NCBI GenBank assembly: GCA_001512745.1
Contig: LFSM01000075.1
Location: 3,727 to 67,726, forward strand
From: Clostridiales bacterium DTU032
GTDB taxonomy: Bacteria > Bacillota > Clostridia > Saccharofermentanales > DTU023
Direction: 5' to 3'
DNA length: 64,000 bases
Positions 1 through 10,338 of this stretch are shown piece by piece (the stretch's first letter is position 1; each line of letters begins with the position of its first letter). The notes under the pieces are model-generated. The model worked only from the letters and a program-made list of their open reading frames with translations. It was not told where the DNA came from and made no database searches. Position numbers and translations under genes: made by a program.

Positions 1-1544
1 TCAGCTTCTTTCGTGGCAATCTGTCCGGCATAAACAGTTCCTGTGGAACCATTCAGGGAAATCCAGTCTCCGGCGCTAAAGGTTCTGCCATCAGTTTTCA
101 TGGTGCCTTTGGCGTAATCAATGCTGATATCGGAGCTTCCGGCAACACAGCACTTACCCATGCCACGCGCGACTACAGCAGCGTGACTGGTCATGCCGCC
201 ACGGGCGGTCAGAATGCCTTCAGCGGCACTCATGCCGTGAATATCCTCAGCGGATGTCTCATCACGCACGAGAATTACCTTTTCACCTTCTTTAGCTAAT
301 TCAAATGCCTGGTCGGCAGAAAAAACGATTTTGCCGCTGGCTGCTCCAGGTGATGCCGGCAGACCCTTAGCAATTTGAACGGCAGCTGCCAGTGCCTTGT
401 CTTCAAACATCGGATGCATCAGAGCATCGAGCTGGCTGGGATCAATATGCAGAATCGCTTCTTCGCGTGAGAGAATACCTTCGGCAACCATATCTACTGC
501 AACTTTCAGAGCAGCAGAGGCTGTGCGCTTGCCGCTTCTGGTCTGCAGGATAAATAGTTTGCCATTTTCGATGGTGAACTCAAGGTCCTGCATGTCGCCA
601 TAATGGACTTCCAGCTCATCACCGTATTTTTTGAATTCATCAAAGATTTCAGGGAACTGTTCCTCAAGATGAGCAATGGGGAAAGGTGTACGAACGCCTG
701 CAACAACGTCTTCGCCCTGGGCATTCATCAGATACTCACCGTAGAGTATATTCTCACCGGTAGCAGGGTCACGGGTAAAGGCCACGCCTGTACCTGAAGT
801 TTCACCCATATTGCCGTAAACCATTTCCTGAACATTAACAGCTGTACCCCAGGCAGAAGGAATGTTATTCATTTGACGATAGAAAAGTGCACGGGGATTA
901 TTCCAGGAACGGAATACTGCCTCAATTGCTTCCATGAGCTGAATCATAGGATCCTGTGGAAAGGCTTCGCCCTTTTCACGTTCATAAATAGCTTTGAAGT
1001 TTGTCGCGACCGTCTTCATGTCTTCAGCTGAGAGGTCAAGATCATCCACGACACCCTTTTCAGCTTTAATGCGGTCTAGCTCTTCTTCAAACAAATCTTT
1101 GTGGACTTCCATAACAACATCGCCAAACATCATGATGAATCTGCGATAACTGTCATAAGCAAAACGCTCATTATCTGTAAGTTTGGCCAGACCTTGTACT
1201 ACTTCGTCATTAAGACCAAGATTCAGGACCGTGTCCATCATTCCCGGCATGGAGGCCCGGGAACCTGAGCGAACTGAAACCAGCAATGGTTTTTCCGGAT
1301 CACCGAAAACTTTGCCTGTACGTTCTTCCTCTTCTCTCAGAGCATCAACAATTTCTTGTTTGATCTCTTCAGAAATTTTTCCGCCCTCATCGTAATAGCG
1401 ATTGCAGGCTTCGGTAGTGATGGTAAACCCCTGAGGGACGGGCAGACCCATTCCGGTCATTTCTGCCAGGTTGGCACCCTTGCCACCGAGCAATTCACGC
1501 ATGTTAGCGTTGCCCTCTGAAAACATGTAGACGTATTTTGTCAT
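1..1544 (-). CDS. ppdK: Pyruvate, phosphate dikinase (N-terminal ~514 codons; the 3' end runs off the left window edge)
   Basis: Own translation of the minus strand from ATG 1544-1542 gives MTKYVYMFSEGNANMRELLGGKGANLAEMT... It contains the phospho-His region GGMTSHAAVVARGMGK. AGGAGG lies 5 nt upstream. The ORF is absent from the track because the frame is open at the window edge. Confidence 0.9.
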   Translation of the reverse strand, partial: MTKYVYMFSEGNANMRELLGGKGANLAEMTGMGLPVPQGFTITTEACNRYYDEGGKISEEIKQEIVDALREEEERTGKVFGDPEKPLLVSVRSGSRASMPGMMDTVLNLGLNDEVVQGLAKLTDNERFAYDSYRRFIMMFGDVVMEVHKDLFEEELDRIKAEKGVVDDLDLSAEDMKTVATNFKAIYEREKGEAFPQDPMIQLMEAIEAVFRSWNNPRALFYRQMNNIPSAWGTAVNVQEMVYGNMGETSGTGVAFTRDPATGENILYGEYLMNAQGEDVVAGVRTPFPIAHLEEQFPEIFDEFKKYGDELEVHYGDMQDLEFTIENGKLFILQTRSGKRTASAALKVAVDMVAEGILSREEAILHIDPSQLDALMHPMFEDKALAAAVQIAKGLPASPGAASGKIVFSADQAFELAKEGEKVILVRDETSAEDIHGMSAAEGILTARGGMTSHAAVVARGMGKCCVAGSSDISIDYAKGTMKTDGRTFSAGDWISLNGSTGTVYAGQIATKEA

Positions 1545-1566
1545 TTATTCCTCCTAAATATTTTTC

Positions 1567-2961
1567 TTACGGTAGATCAAACTTGCCGGCAAAATAGTCA
1601 ACAAGTTCATTTATGGGTAAACGCAGCTGATCCATCGAGTCACGTTCACGTATTGTTACTTGATTGTCTTCGAGCGAATCAAAGTCAAAAGTTACACAGT
1701 AAGGAGTTCCGATCTCATCTTGTCGGCGATAGCGCTTGCCTATGCTCTGGCGCTCGTCAAACTCACAGCGGAAGTGTGGCAGCAGCATCTGATAGACCTT
1801 TTCAGCTTCTTCCTGCAATTTATTTGATAAGGGCAAAACCGCTACATTAACGGGAGCCAATGCCGGTTCAAAGCGTAGCACTGTACGCTCTTCGCCATTT
1901 TCCAGCCTTTCGACGTCATAAGCGTCACATAAGATAGCCAGAAAAAGACGATCTACCCCCAGCGAAGGTTCTATTACATAGGGAATATATTTTTCATTGG
2001 TGTAAGGATCGAAGTAGCGCAGATCTTCTTTGGCAAATTCCATATGTCGCGACAGATCGTAATCTGTACGGTTGGCCACACCCCAGAGCTCTCCCCAGCC
2101 GAAAGGATAGATATATTCCACATCACTGGTCGCCTTGGAGTAAAAGGACAATTCTTCAGCACTGTGATCACGCCAACGCAAATTTTCCTTGGTCAGGCCC
2201 AGATCAAGCAACCATTGGAAAGAAAAATCCCGCCAATAATCGAACCAGTTGTCATCGGTTCCCGGCTCACAGAAAAACTCCAGTTCCATCTGTTCAAATT
2301 CACGCGTACGGAAAATAAAGTTTCCGGGTGTGATCTCGTTGCGGAAAGCTTTACCTATCTGACCAATACCAAAAGGAAGCTTGCGCCGCGACGTGCGCTG
2401 AACATTCTTAAAATTCACAAAAATACCCTGGGCCGTTTCCGGACGCAGGTAAATATCAGACTGACTGTCCTCGGTGACACCTTGTTGAGTTTTAAACATC
2501 AGGTTGAAATGGCGAATGTCGGTGAAGTCCTGAGCTCCGCATACCGGGCAAGTAATGCCCTTTTCAGTAATATAATTTTGCAGTTCCTCGTTGCTCCAGC
2601 CTTCAACTGAGCCCTCGACCTCATTGGCTTCATTCCAGTCATCAATAATCTGATCAGCCCGGTGACGCGAGTGGCAGGCACGGCAATCTATCAAGGGGTC
2701 AGAAAATCCTTCTACGTGGCCTGATGCAATCCAGACTTGCGGATTCATCAGAATGGCTGCGTCCAGCCCGACATTATGGGGTGAAGTTTCGATAAAACGT
2801 CTCCACCAGGCGGCCTTCACATTACGTTTTAATACTACTCCATAGGGACCATAATCCCATGAGTTGGCAAGCCCCCCATATAATTCGGAACCCGGATAAA
2901 TAAAACCACGATTAGATGCCAAAGCGACGATTGTCGCCATAGATTTATCAGTAGGCAGCAT
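1567..2961 (-). CDS. glyQS: Glycine--tRNA ligase (homodimeric GlyQS type)
   Basis: ORF 1567..3012 reads ...[31 protein letters not shown]..., typical of GlyRS. The start is moved to ATG 2961 ([12 protein letters not shown]), which has GAGGA upstream and lies 1 nt after the rpoZ stop. The longer track ORF would overlap rpoZ. Confidence 0.9.
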   Translation of the reverse strand: MLPTDKSMATIVALASNRGFIYPGSELYGGLANSWDYGPYGVVLKRNVKAAWWRRFIETSPHNVGLDAAILMNPQVWIASGHVEGFSDPLIDCRACHSRHRADQIIDDWNEANEVEGSVEGWSNEELQNYITEKGITCPVCGAQDFTDIRHFNLMFKTQQGVTEDSQSDIYLRPETAQGIFVNFKNVQRTSRRKLPFGIGQIGKAFRNEITPGNFIFRTREFEQMELEFFCEPGTDDNWFDYWRDFSFQWLLDLGLTKENLRWRDHSAEELSFYSKATSDVEYIYPFGWGELWGVANRTDYDLSRHMEFAKEDLRYFDPYTNEKYIPYVIEPSLGVDRLFLAILCDAYDVERLENGEERTVLRFEPALAPVNVAVLPLSNKLQEEAEKVYQMLLPHFRCEFDERQSIGKRYRRQDEIGTPYCVTFDFDSLEDNQVTIRERDSMDQLRLPINELVDYFAGKFDLP

Positions 2962-2962
2962 A

Positions 2963-3490
2963 TTAATCCTCGTCCTCTTCTTTCCCTTCGTAATCCGCTC
3001 TGTCTTGCGCACTCAAGCTCTCGGTAAAAGAAGTAAAATCTATTTGAGAAGATGTCTGACCCTCCACCTGAGATTCCTGTTCAGTCACAAACTGTACCAA
3101 CTGCTCTGCAATCAATGAAGCTTCCTGGGCACTGATTCCCTCTTTTTCAAAAGTAGACGCTTCTCTTGCCTGACGTCTGGCTGATGGACGACGCTGTTCT
3201 TCCAGCATGTCCTCTGCACGCTTAGCTTCTGCCTCACGGCGGCTCGCTTCACGCTGTGCAATGATTTCGGGACGTTCCGGAATTGTAACTTCGTGTTTGC
3301 CCTGACGGTAAACTACTGCTCCGCTGCCGATTTCTTCACATGCCAGAGAAACCTGGTTTGGGGTTTTGGATTCAACCAAAGGTCTGGCACCATCTGTCAG
3401 CTGACGCGCTCTGCGGGCCGCAAACATGGCCAGGACGTATCTGTTCTCGGCTCTTGGAAGTAGTTGCTCCAGAGGAGGTTTTGTTAGCAT
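2963..3490 (-). CDS. rpoZ: DNA-directed RNA polymerase omega subunit with a long charged C-terminal extension
   Basis: The N-terminus [25 protein letters not shown] is the omega signature. AAGGAG SD is present. The gene sits in the conserved gmk-rpoZ position. Confidence 0.85.
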   Translation of the reverse strand: MLTKPPLEQLLPRAENRYVLAMFAARRARQLTDGARPLVESKTPNQVSLACEEIGSGAVVYRQGKHEVTIPERPEIIAQREASRREAEAKRAEDMLEEQRRPSARRQAREASTFEKEGISAQEASLIAEQLVQFVTEQESQVEGQTSSQIDFTSFTESLSAQDRADYEGKEEDED

Positions 3491-3571
3491 TTTTTGCTCC
3501 TTGTCATCTTAAAATCTATATAAATAAACAACGTTTTTAAATTTTTACATACCTTTAGGATTATATCTTTT

Positions 3572-4189
3572 TCACTGCATTCCGTCAATGAAGAGCCTTG
3601 ACGCACGGTGCTTTTCGGCCCAATAGATAGCTTCAATGTCTCGTACTGCCTGTAGCAGGTCATCATTCACAACCAGATAATCAAATTCAAAAGCTGAATT
3701 CATTTCCTCCCAGGATTCAGTCAGACGGGTCTGGATGATCTCCTGGCTTTCAGTAGCCCGATTTAAGAGTCGTTCTCTGAGCGCTGCTTCGGACGGAGGA
3801 ATGAGAAACACGAGAACCGCATCAGGATAACTTTCTTTTAGGGAAAGAGCACCTTTGACGGTCAGATCCAAGAGGACATTAATGCCCTCTCGGCGCATAC
3901 GCTCCAGAGGTGACCTGGGGGTACCATAATACTCATTGCAGTAGATGTCATGCTCCAGAATCTCACCTTCCGCAATCATTGCCTCAAACTCTGCCTTGGC
4001 CCGGAAATAATAGTGCACACCGTCTATTTCAGATTCTCTCGGAGCTCTGGTTGTTACTGATACGGAATGGCGGATGTCATTATAACGTTCACGCAAGGCA
4101 TTAATGACAGAATCCTTGCCCACACCAGACGGTCCCGATACAACGAGAGCAATACCTTCTTTTTGAACAATAGTCATGCGATCAGTCAT
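3572..4189 (-). CDS. gmk: Guanylate kinase
   Basis: P-loop [10 protein letters not shown] and the YYGTP motif are present. The start is set at ATG 4189, with GGAG 7 nt upstream and an ATGACTGA overlap with the remA stop. Confidence 0.9.
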   Translation of the reverse strand: MTDRMTIVQKEGIALVVSGPSGVGKDSVINALRERYNDIRHSVSVTTRAPRESEIDGVHYYFRAKAEFEAMIAEGEILEHDIYCNEYYGTPRSPLERMRREGINVLLDLTVKGALSLKESYPDAVLVFLIPPSEAALRERLLNRATESQEIIQTRLTESWEEMNSAFEFDYLVVNDDLLQAVRDIEAIYWAEKHRASRLFIDGMQ

Positions 4190-4469
4190 TTTGCAGCTCC
4201 TCTTCTTGATAAGTCTCATCGGGTACCTGAGAATCAGCCCGCAGCACCTGTAAAGATGCCGGGGACAATGAAGAAAGTACTATGTGGTCGCTATCCATGA
4301 TCAATACTGATTGTGTCTTACGTCCGGCTGTTGCATCGATTAAGCTTCTGCGATCGCGGGCATCCTGAATCAGCCGCTTGATCGGAGCTGAATCCGGAGA
4401 GACAATGGCTATCAGTCTGGCTTCTGAAACAAGGTGGCCATGCCCTATGGGCAACATTCTATATTCCAA
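4182..4469 (-). CDS. remA: RemA/YlzA (DUF370) family regulator
   Basis: [47 protein letters not shown] closely matches the RemA family as I recall it. It uses a TTG start with GAGGAGGAG 5 nt upstream and occupies the conserved yicC-remA-gmk position. Confidence 0.85.
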   Translation of the reverse strand: MEYRMLPIGHGHLVSEARLIAIVSPDSAPIKRLIQDARDRRSLIDATAGRKTQSVLIMDSDHIVLSSLSPASLQVLRADSQVPDETYQEEELQND

Positions 4470-4515
4470 ATCCGACTCCTCCTCTATATCTCAAATGAAA
4501 AAACAAGCTATCAAC

Positions 4516-5403
4516 TTATTCTAAATTCTGAACTTGTTCACGAATTTGTTCCAAAACGCTCTTCATCGTCACAACAGACTGTGAAATCTCAAAATCATTG
4601 GCTTTCGAACCTATGGTATTTATCTCACGATTCAGTTCCTGAATCAGGAAATCCAGTTGACGGCCACTTGGTCCTTCACCCTGCAAAATTTCCCGCAAAG
4701 AAAGCAGATGGCTTTTCAAACGTGTCATCTCCTCATCGATGGCTGCCTTATCAGCAAAAATCGCTGTTTCCGCAAAGAGCCGCTGATTATCGTACCATTC
4801 CTGTCGTTCTTCAGCTAAAAGTTCCTCTGCACGCGCTAGAAGCCGCTCACGATACTGGTCAACAACACGGGGAGAAAGCTCTTCAAGCTTTTTCCTTTCG
4901 TCTTCAAGAATTTCCGTCTTTTCTAAAAGATTGCTGGTTAACCGGCTGCCTTCCACCTGCCGCGCTTCTTCCAATTCAGTCAATGCAGCAGCCATGGCCT
5001 TGCTTAAAATATCGCTGATACTTTCTTCATCCAGGGGATCGTCAACGTCGATGAAAAGATCATTGAATCTGCTCATAATGCTAACCGGTTCAAAAGTTTC
5101 AGAGTTAGTCAGTACAGCCAGTTCTGATAGTGCTTCATAGTATGACTTAGCCAGACCACGATCAAGTTTGACTTTCCGGCCGCTGGATTCAAGCTGTTCC
5201 AGACTGACAAAAACATCGATTTTTCCTCGTTTGATCCGTTCCTGCACCTGTACACGCAAAGAGTTTTCAAAACGCAGGAAACTGCGCGGCATGCGCACGG
5301 AAACATCCAGAAAACGATGATTAACAGATTTGACTTCAATTGTTACGGAGAGATTATTATTTTCGGCTGAACCGGATCCATAACCGGTCATACTTTTTAG
5401 CAT
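4516..5403 (-). CDS. yicC: YicC/YloC family stress-induced protein
   Basis: The N-terminus MLKSMTGYGSG and the C-terminal EQIREQVQNLE are typical of YicC. It has a TAATG overlap with the upstream gene. Confidence 0.85.
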   Translation of the reverse strand: MLKSMTGYGSGSAENNNLSVTIEVKSVNHRFLDVSVRMPRSFLRFENSLRVQVQERIKRGKIDVFVSLEQLESSGRKVKLDRGLAKSYYEALSELAVLTNSETFEPVSIMSRFNDLFIDVDDPLDEESISDILSKAMAAALTELEEARQVEGSRLTSNLLEKTEILEDERKKLEELSPRVVDQYRERLLARAEELLAEERQEWYDNQRLFAETAIFADKAAIDEEMTRLKSHLLSLREILQGEGPSGRQLDFLIQELNREINTIGSKANDFEISQSVVTMKSVLEQIREQVQNLE

Positions 5404-6185
5404 TATATGTCCTTCCCTGCTTCTGATTTACCAGCAGTTAAATTATCAAAATCGCGGAGTTTTCCATTTTCTCCTAATAATACAGGAATAAAGCTTAGCT
5501 GATCTGCAGAAGTTAAAACGTAACGCACTTCAGCCAGCAGCGGTGAACTTAAATAAAAAGGCAGTTCATGATGTATGTGTCCAAAAATGCAGAGCGGTAT
5601 TTTTGCTTCAGACAGCAGTTCCGACATTTTGCTGCTGGCGCCATTAGCAGAAACAGGAGGATAATGCATTGCAAATACCTGCGTCAGTCCGCCGTCTCTT
5701 TTTTTATTTTCTTTTTTCATATCATCAAGAGAAAGCTGCATACGGATCAACTCTCTTTCAAATATTTTCTGATCCTGTGCAGTAAACTCATCGTCATCAG
5801 GCAGTAACCAGCCTCGTGTCCCTCCGATAAGAAAAGAGCCGAAGCGCAAGGCGTTGTTGCGCAAAAAGTGAAGAGTCTTCAAATTCTCCTGTTCACAGAG
5901 CTGATTCATCTTGCTCAGACTGGTCCACCAATAATCGTGATTGCCACGCAGCATAATTTTTTGCCCCGGTAATTCGTCGACAAAACGCAAATCAGCCAAG
6001 GCCTCATCCAGACTCTTGCCCCAGGAAATATCTCCGCCCAGAATCACAACATCTTCGTCAGTCACAGTTTTTTGCCATGATTGTCTTATCAATTGTGTGT
6101 GGTTTTTCCACTTATCTCCAAAAATCGTCATGGGTTTATCCACAGTATGGGCTAAGTGAAGGTCAGATAAGGCAAATAATTTCAC
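5403..6185 (-). CDS. Calcineurin-like metallophosphoesterase
   Basis: The motifs DLHL, GGDISWG, GNHDYWW and GHIH are all present. The start is probably GTG 6185, with GAGGAA 7 nt upstream and 1 nt after the uvrC stop, rather than the track start at 6200. Confidence 0.75.
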   Translation of the reverse strand: MKLFALSDLHLAHTVDKPMTIFGDKWKNHTQLIRQSWQKTVTDEDVVILGGDISWGKSLDEALADLRFVDELPGQKIMLRGNHDYWWTSLSKMNQLCEQENLKTLHFLRNNALRFGSFLIGGTRGWLLPDDDEFTAQDQKIFERELIRMQLSLDDMKKENKKRDGGLTQVFAMHYPPVSANGASSKMSELLSEAKIPLCIFGHIHHELPFYLSSPLLAEVRYVLTSADQLSFIPVLLGENGKLRDFDNLTAGKSEAGKDI

Positions 6186-6186
6186 T

Positions 6187-8076
6187 TCAGATTTCCTCAC
6201 GATGATAATGCAAATAAACTGCTTCTGCCACTTCTTCCGGTAAGCCCTTAACGGCTTTAAGCTCTTCCAGACCTGCTTCAGACAAATTTTTGATGGAACC
6301 GAATTCCTTTAGCAAAAGCTTGCGGCGGGCCGGACCGACTCCGGGAATGCTTTCAATCTGGTACTGCATCCGGCGCTTCTTTTCCTGTTGATTGCGCAAA
6401 CGGTTGGCGAAACGGTGTGCTTCATCCTGCAAGGCTGTAAGCAGACGCAAAACCCCCAGACGTATGGCTCTTTCATCAGCATCTTCCTCGCCGGCAGGCT
6501 GAGATAGCTCAAGAGTATCGCCATTACTGAGAACCAGACCACGTGTCCGGTGCCTATTGTCTTTCACTATTCCCGCAACAGCAATACCGGCATCATCCAG
6601 CAAGTCTTTAACCGCATTCACATGTCCCAGACCGCCATCAACAAATATTATATCAGGTCTGCTGTCAACATTCTCATCCTGAAGATGACGCAGCCTGCGT
6701 TCTGTCAGCTCCCGCATGGCCCGGTAGTCATCAATACCGGCAAAGCTTTTTATGGTGAAATGCCGATATGACTTGTGTTCAGGCCTGCCATCACGAAAAA
6801 CTACCATGGCACCGGTTCTTTCCTCAGAACCGGAAGAAGAGATATCGTAAGCTTCAATCCGTTGAGGGTAACCTTGACAGCCGGTATATTCTGCTAAAGT
6901 CCTGAGTGTATACTCCAGATCCTTTGCAGATTTACCTCCCATCAGGGTATGTCGCATCAAGGACCAGGCAGCGTTCTTGCTTGCCAGATCAACAGTTGCT
7001 TTCTTTGCTCCTCTTTGTGGGACATGCAAGCTGACTTTAGTGCCACGCAGTTCAGAAAGATATTCAGCTACCAGCTCCTGATTACTGATTGCTGTGCTGA
7101 GCAAAATCAGAGGAGGAATGCTGTCACTCTGGTCATAAAGTGACCGCAGAAATACTTCCAGATAAATTCCGTCAGCTTCACCGGTATCCTCGGCAAAACG
7201 ATAGACGCGGCCAGTCACACGACCTTCGCGAACTTCCAGTTTCTGCAGAGAAATGTCACTGCCATTGCGTTCCATAGCCAGAGCATCATAGTCGCCGCCC
7301 TGCGGGTCTACTATGTGCTGTTTCTCTTCCAGCCGGCGCAAGGCCTTCCACTTTTCACGAATAACTGCAGCACGTTCGAAATCAAGCGCATCACTGGCAG
7401 CTTCCATTTCTGCTTTGAGACTTTTGGTCAGTTCACTGTAGCGGCCTTCGAGAAAGCGGATAACGTCAGTAAGCATGGCTCTATATTCTTCCTCTGACAG
7501 CTCGCCGGTACAGGGTCCCAAACATCTGCCGATATAATAATTGAGACAGGGACGTTTTTTCCCGATATCGCGAGGCAAGTCGCGCTTGCAGGTGCGCAGC
7601 GGATATATGCTTTGGAGCGCATCGAGGGCACGACTGATATCGCCGCTTAACCAGGGGCCAAAATACCGTGCACCTTCCTTGACATCATCTTCAACATGGA
7701 AAGATTTTTCAACTTTAGGAAAAGCTTCCTGCAGGCTGACGCGGATATAGGGATATTCCTTGTCATCTCGCAAGAGGATGTTATAACGTGGCTTATGCTC
7801 CTTAATCAGATTCGCTTCAAGAATCAGAGCCTCAAGTTCAGTAGAACAGACAATGATCTCAAAGTCAGCTATGCGTTTAATCATAGCCTGAACTTTAGCA
7901 TTGCCATCAGGTTTCGCGGTGAAATAGGAGCTGAGGCGACTGCGCAAGGAAAGTGCTTTTCCGACATAAATAACAGAACCCGTATTGTCTTTCATTAAAT
8001 AGACACCGGGTTCTTCAGGGACTAAATTCAGTCTGAATGCAAATGAAGGCTGCTGCTCTGAGCTGTGCTGCACCAC
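6187..8076 (-). CDS. uvrC: Excinuclease ABC subunit C
   Basis: It has a GIY-YIG N-terminus (PGVYLMKD...VIYVGKA), a UVR domain and a C-terminal (HhH)2 (IPGVGPARRKLLLKEFGS). It uses a GTG start after AGAGGAG. Confidence 0.92.
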   Translation of the reverse strand: MVQHSSEQQPSFAFRLNLVPEEPGVYLMKDNTGSVIYVGKALSLRSRLSSYFTAKPDGNAKVQAMIKRIADFEIIVCSTELEALILEANLIKEHKPRYNILLRDDKEYPYIRVSLQEAFPKVEKSFHVEDDVKEGARYFGPWLSGDISRALDALQSIYPLRTCKRDLPRDIGKKRPCLNYYIGRCLGPCTGELSEEEYRAMLTDVIRFLEGRYSELTKSLKAEMEAASDALDFERAAVIREKWKALRRLEEKQHIVDPQGGDYDALAMERNGSDISLQKLEVREGRVTGRVYRFAEDTGEADGIYLEVFLRSLYDQSDSIPPLILLSTAISNQELVAEYLSELRGTKVSLHVPQRGAKKATVDLASKNAAWSLMRHTLMGGKSAKDLEYTLRTLAEYTGCQGYPQRIEAYDISSSGSEERTGAMVVFRDGRPEHKSYRHFTIKSFAGIDDYRAMRELTERRLRHLQDENVDSRPDIIFVDGGLGHVNAVKDLLDDAGIAVAGIVKDNRHRTRGLVLSNGDTLELSQPAGEEDADERAIRLGVLRLLTALQDEAHRFANRLRNQQEKKRRMQYQIESIPGVGPARRKLLLKEFGSIKNLSEAGLEELKAVKGLPEEVAEAVYLHYHREEI

Positions 8077-8112
8077 TTGACTCCTCTATACATATGAATC
8101 GGCCGGTAATAA

Positions 8113-8139
8113 GAGGACTGCAGTAATGATGCAGTCCTC
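8113..8139 (-). terminator. Hairpin downstream of the HPr gene (10-bp stem GAGGACTGCA/TGCAGTCCTC, 7-nt loop)
   Basis: A perfect inverted repeat is visible in the sequence. On the minus-strand RNA it is followed by a moderately U-rich tail (UUAUUACC). Confidence 0.45.
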
Positions 8140-8216
8140 AATAGTACGGAAAAATGTTCTTTTCAAAATTACTTGCTATGAATCAGGCAGAAACAAGATT
8201 CATATTCGCACGTCAT

Positions 8217-8483
8217 TTACAGCTCTTTATTGGTATCTGCCATGTAATCAACAATAAGTTCGACTGCTTCTTCTTCATCTTCACCTTCAGCAACGACCAT
8301 TAGGCGGTCACCACTATCAATGCCAAGCGACATCACCCCGAGTAAGCTTTTTGCGTTAGCACGACGATCATCTTTCTCGATGTAGATACTCGAATCAAAG
8401 TTCGAGGCTTTTTGTATCAACAATGCGATAGATTTCATGTGCGTATCTTCGTCGCACGCAAAACAGACTTCCTTTGAAATCAT
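8217..8483 (-). CDS. ptsH: HPr-family phosphocarrier protein (variant active-site loop)
   Basis: The 88-aa product aligns by eye to B. subtilis HPr. His15 (DTHMKS) and Ser46 (NAKSLLGVMSLG) are retained. Confidence 0.75.
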   Translation of the reverse strand: MISKEVCFACDEDTHMKSIALLIQKASNFDSSIYIEKDDRRANAKSLLGVMSLGIDSGDRLMVVAEGEDEEEAVELIVDYMADTNKEL

Positions 8484-8557
8484 AAATTTTCCTCCGTCAG
8501 CCTCATGCGCTGAAACTCAACATTTTCTTTCTGGCAACAGATTACTAACCTCACATA

Positions 8558-8587
8558 AGTATAGTCAGCAAGTGGAATAGCTGTCAA
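8558..8587 (-). promoter_or_regulatory. Sigma-A-type promoter for the HPr gene (TTGACA-18-TATACT)
   Basis: On the minus strand, TTGACA lies at 8587-8582 and TATACT at 8563-8558. Confidence 0.5.
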
Positions 8588-8640
8588 TGAATACATTTCA
8601 CATGCTTATGCCGGTATTTTACGTTTTTATCGCTAAATTA

Positions 8641-9093
8641 CTAAAAGGGAGAGATTTTTCCGGTCATAAGCAGGGCATTTTCACCATTATCGTTATAATA
8701 TCCCTTGCGTATGCCTACAATCTCCAGACCATTTGCAAGATAAATCGCTAAGGCCGGAGCATTGCTTTCTCTGACCTCCAGGCGCACAGACGGAATACCG
8801 GACTTTGATGCCTCCTGCAAAGCGTGTTGAAAAAGTCTGCTTCCTATACCCTGCCCCTGCGAAGATGGTGCTACTGCAAAATTGAGAATCTCCAGGAAGT
8901 CATCTCCGCTAATAGCAATAAGAAAGGCAAGCGGTCTTGAATCATCGCCAGCCACAACGAGAAAACAGGCATCTTCATCCTTCTGAATATCAGCGAAGAC
9001 TGATTCAAGCCAGGGACTTTTCTGTACAGCTGTCTCTATAGCGAAAATATCCTTCAGGTCAGTCTCACGCGCACGTCTTATCTCCTGGGTCAT
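8641..9093 (-). CDS. rimI: Ribosomal-protein-alanine N-acetyltransferase (GNAT)
   Basis: It has the GNAT motif QGQGIGSRLF and sits in the tsaE-tsaB-rimI context. The start is moved to ATG 9093 (MTQEIRRARETD), 1 nt after the tsaB stop. Confidence 0.8.
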   Translation of the reverse strand: MTQEIRRARETDLKDIFAIETAVQKSPWLESVFADIQKDEDACFLVVAGDDSRPLAFLIAISGDDFLEILNFAVAPSSQGQGIGSRLFQHALQEASKSGIPSVRLEVRESNAPALAIYLANGLEIVGIRKGYYNDNGENALLMTGKISPF

Positions 9094-9094
9094 A

Positions 9095-9823
9095 TTACTG
9101 GCCACCCTTACTTTCCAGATTGCGTTTGGCAGCAGATTCAATACCGTAAGTGGCTTTGACTTCATGCGCGGCTAAGAACTCTTCTCCGCTCTCGAAAGCA
9201 GCATGAGCCAGAAGGGCAACCCGGCCAGCACTGATGTCATTTTTTTCTGCGGGGGCGAAGGCAGCTTTCTCTTTAAATGAGACCAGAGAATCGTCCGGTC
9301 CGAGTGCAGACAAATAGTCAGCGATCAAAAGGCTGCCATCACCTACAAATATTATTTCTTCAGTCGTTAAGTATTCTTCAGCCAGACCTTCCAGAAATCC
9401 TGCAATATCCCGTGGTTTTTCTACTGTCAGACTGATTCCCTGCCGATAAATTCCGGAATAAACTCTGCCTCCGCGGGCATCCAGAACCGGTGCTATGACT
9501 TTGTCTTTTGACGAAATAGCTGCTGCCAGGGCTGCCAGTGAAGATACACTGTAGACTTTTTTTCCTGTACCGTAAGCCAGCCCCATAACAGCGCTGAGAC
9601 CTATGCGGATACCAGTGAACGAGCCTGGACCGGTTGTTGTTGCAAAGAGATCTATATCTTGCAGGCTGAGCTTGTTGCGGTCCAGTAAACTATTGATGGC
9701 AGGCAAGAGACTGCTGGCATGCTGCATCTTAGTTTTTTCTAAAATTTCATCCCGGATTATGCCGGATTCAGCCAGGGCGACTGAAATAGATTTGCCGGAT
9801 GTATCAGATGCAAGAATAATCAT
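9095..9823 (-). CDS. tsaB: tRNA t6A biosynthesis protein TsaB
   Basis: ILASDTSGKSISVAL and GPGSFTGIRIG are YeaZ/TsaB signatures. It has a TAATG overlap with tsaE. Confidence 0.88.
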   Translation of the reverse strand: MIILASDTSGKSISVALAESGIIRDEILEKTKMQHASSLLPAINSLLDRNKLSLQDIDLFATTTGPGSFTGIRIGLSAVMGLAYGTGKKVYSVSSLAALAAAISSKDKVIAPVLDARGGRVYSGIYRQGISLTVEKPRDIAGFLEGLAEEYLTTEEIIFVGDGSLLIADYLSALGPDDSLVSFKEKAAFAPAEKNDISAGRVALLAHAAFESGEEFLAAHEVKATYGIESAAKRNLESKGGQ

Positions 9824-10293
9824 TAGTCAGCCTCATTTACTTTTTCATCAGCTTCTCTTGTGCCGGGATAGTGCAAATCAATCTGTCTTGCCTTACCTTG
9901 CTCAATAAAGGTGAGATGGATCTCGATCACATTATGCGGAAGGGCCGGCAGAACATTCTCCGGCCACTCAATTACGGAAACAGCATCTGTATACATAAGC
10001 TCGTCAAAACCTTCAGCATACCAATCATCCTCATTACGCAAGCGGTATGCATCGAAGTGATTGAGAGCCAGGCCGGAGGGCCCGGCGGCATATTGCTGCA
10101 TTATGGTGAAGGTCGGGCTTGAGACATCGTCAATAACCCCAAGGCCTTTTGCGATGCCGCGCGTCAATGTAGTCTTCCCGGCAGCTAAATCTCCAAACAA
10201 TAAGAGGATATCCCCGGGCAAAAGTTGTTTTGCCAGGGATATCCCCAGATTCTCAGTTTCTTCACTTGATCGACTAATATAGCGTTCCGGCAT
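9823..10293 (-). CDS. tsaE: tRNA t6A biosynthesis ATPase TsaE
   Basis: The Walker A region GDLAAGKTTLTRGIAKGLG is typical of YjeE/TsaE. Confidence 0.88.
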   Translation of the reverse strand: MPERYISRSSEETENLGISLAKQLLPGDILLLFGDLAAGKTTLTRGIAKGLGVIDDVSSPTFTIMQQYAAGPSGLALNHFDAYRLRNEDDWYAEGFDELMYTDAVSVIEWPENVLPALPHNVIEIHLTFIEQGKARQIDLHYPGTREADEKVNEAD

Positions 10294-10338
10294 TTTTGCT
10301 CCCTGTCTGAAAAGCAGAAGCGTAGTGCAAGAGTCTCC

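Noticed and set aside
2044-2610. Long ORFs antisense to or out of frame with conserved genes. Examples are 2044-2610 inside glyQS, 4434-5018 opposite yicC, 24355-24885 in an alternate frame of pcrA, 35751-36203 opposite gcvPB and 42553-43017 opposite dnaK.
   Set aside because: Each lies entirely within a gene whose product has unmistakable family motifs. None has a Shine-Dalgarno site, and their products are low-complexity or Ser/Arg/Leu-rich, as expected for shadow frames.
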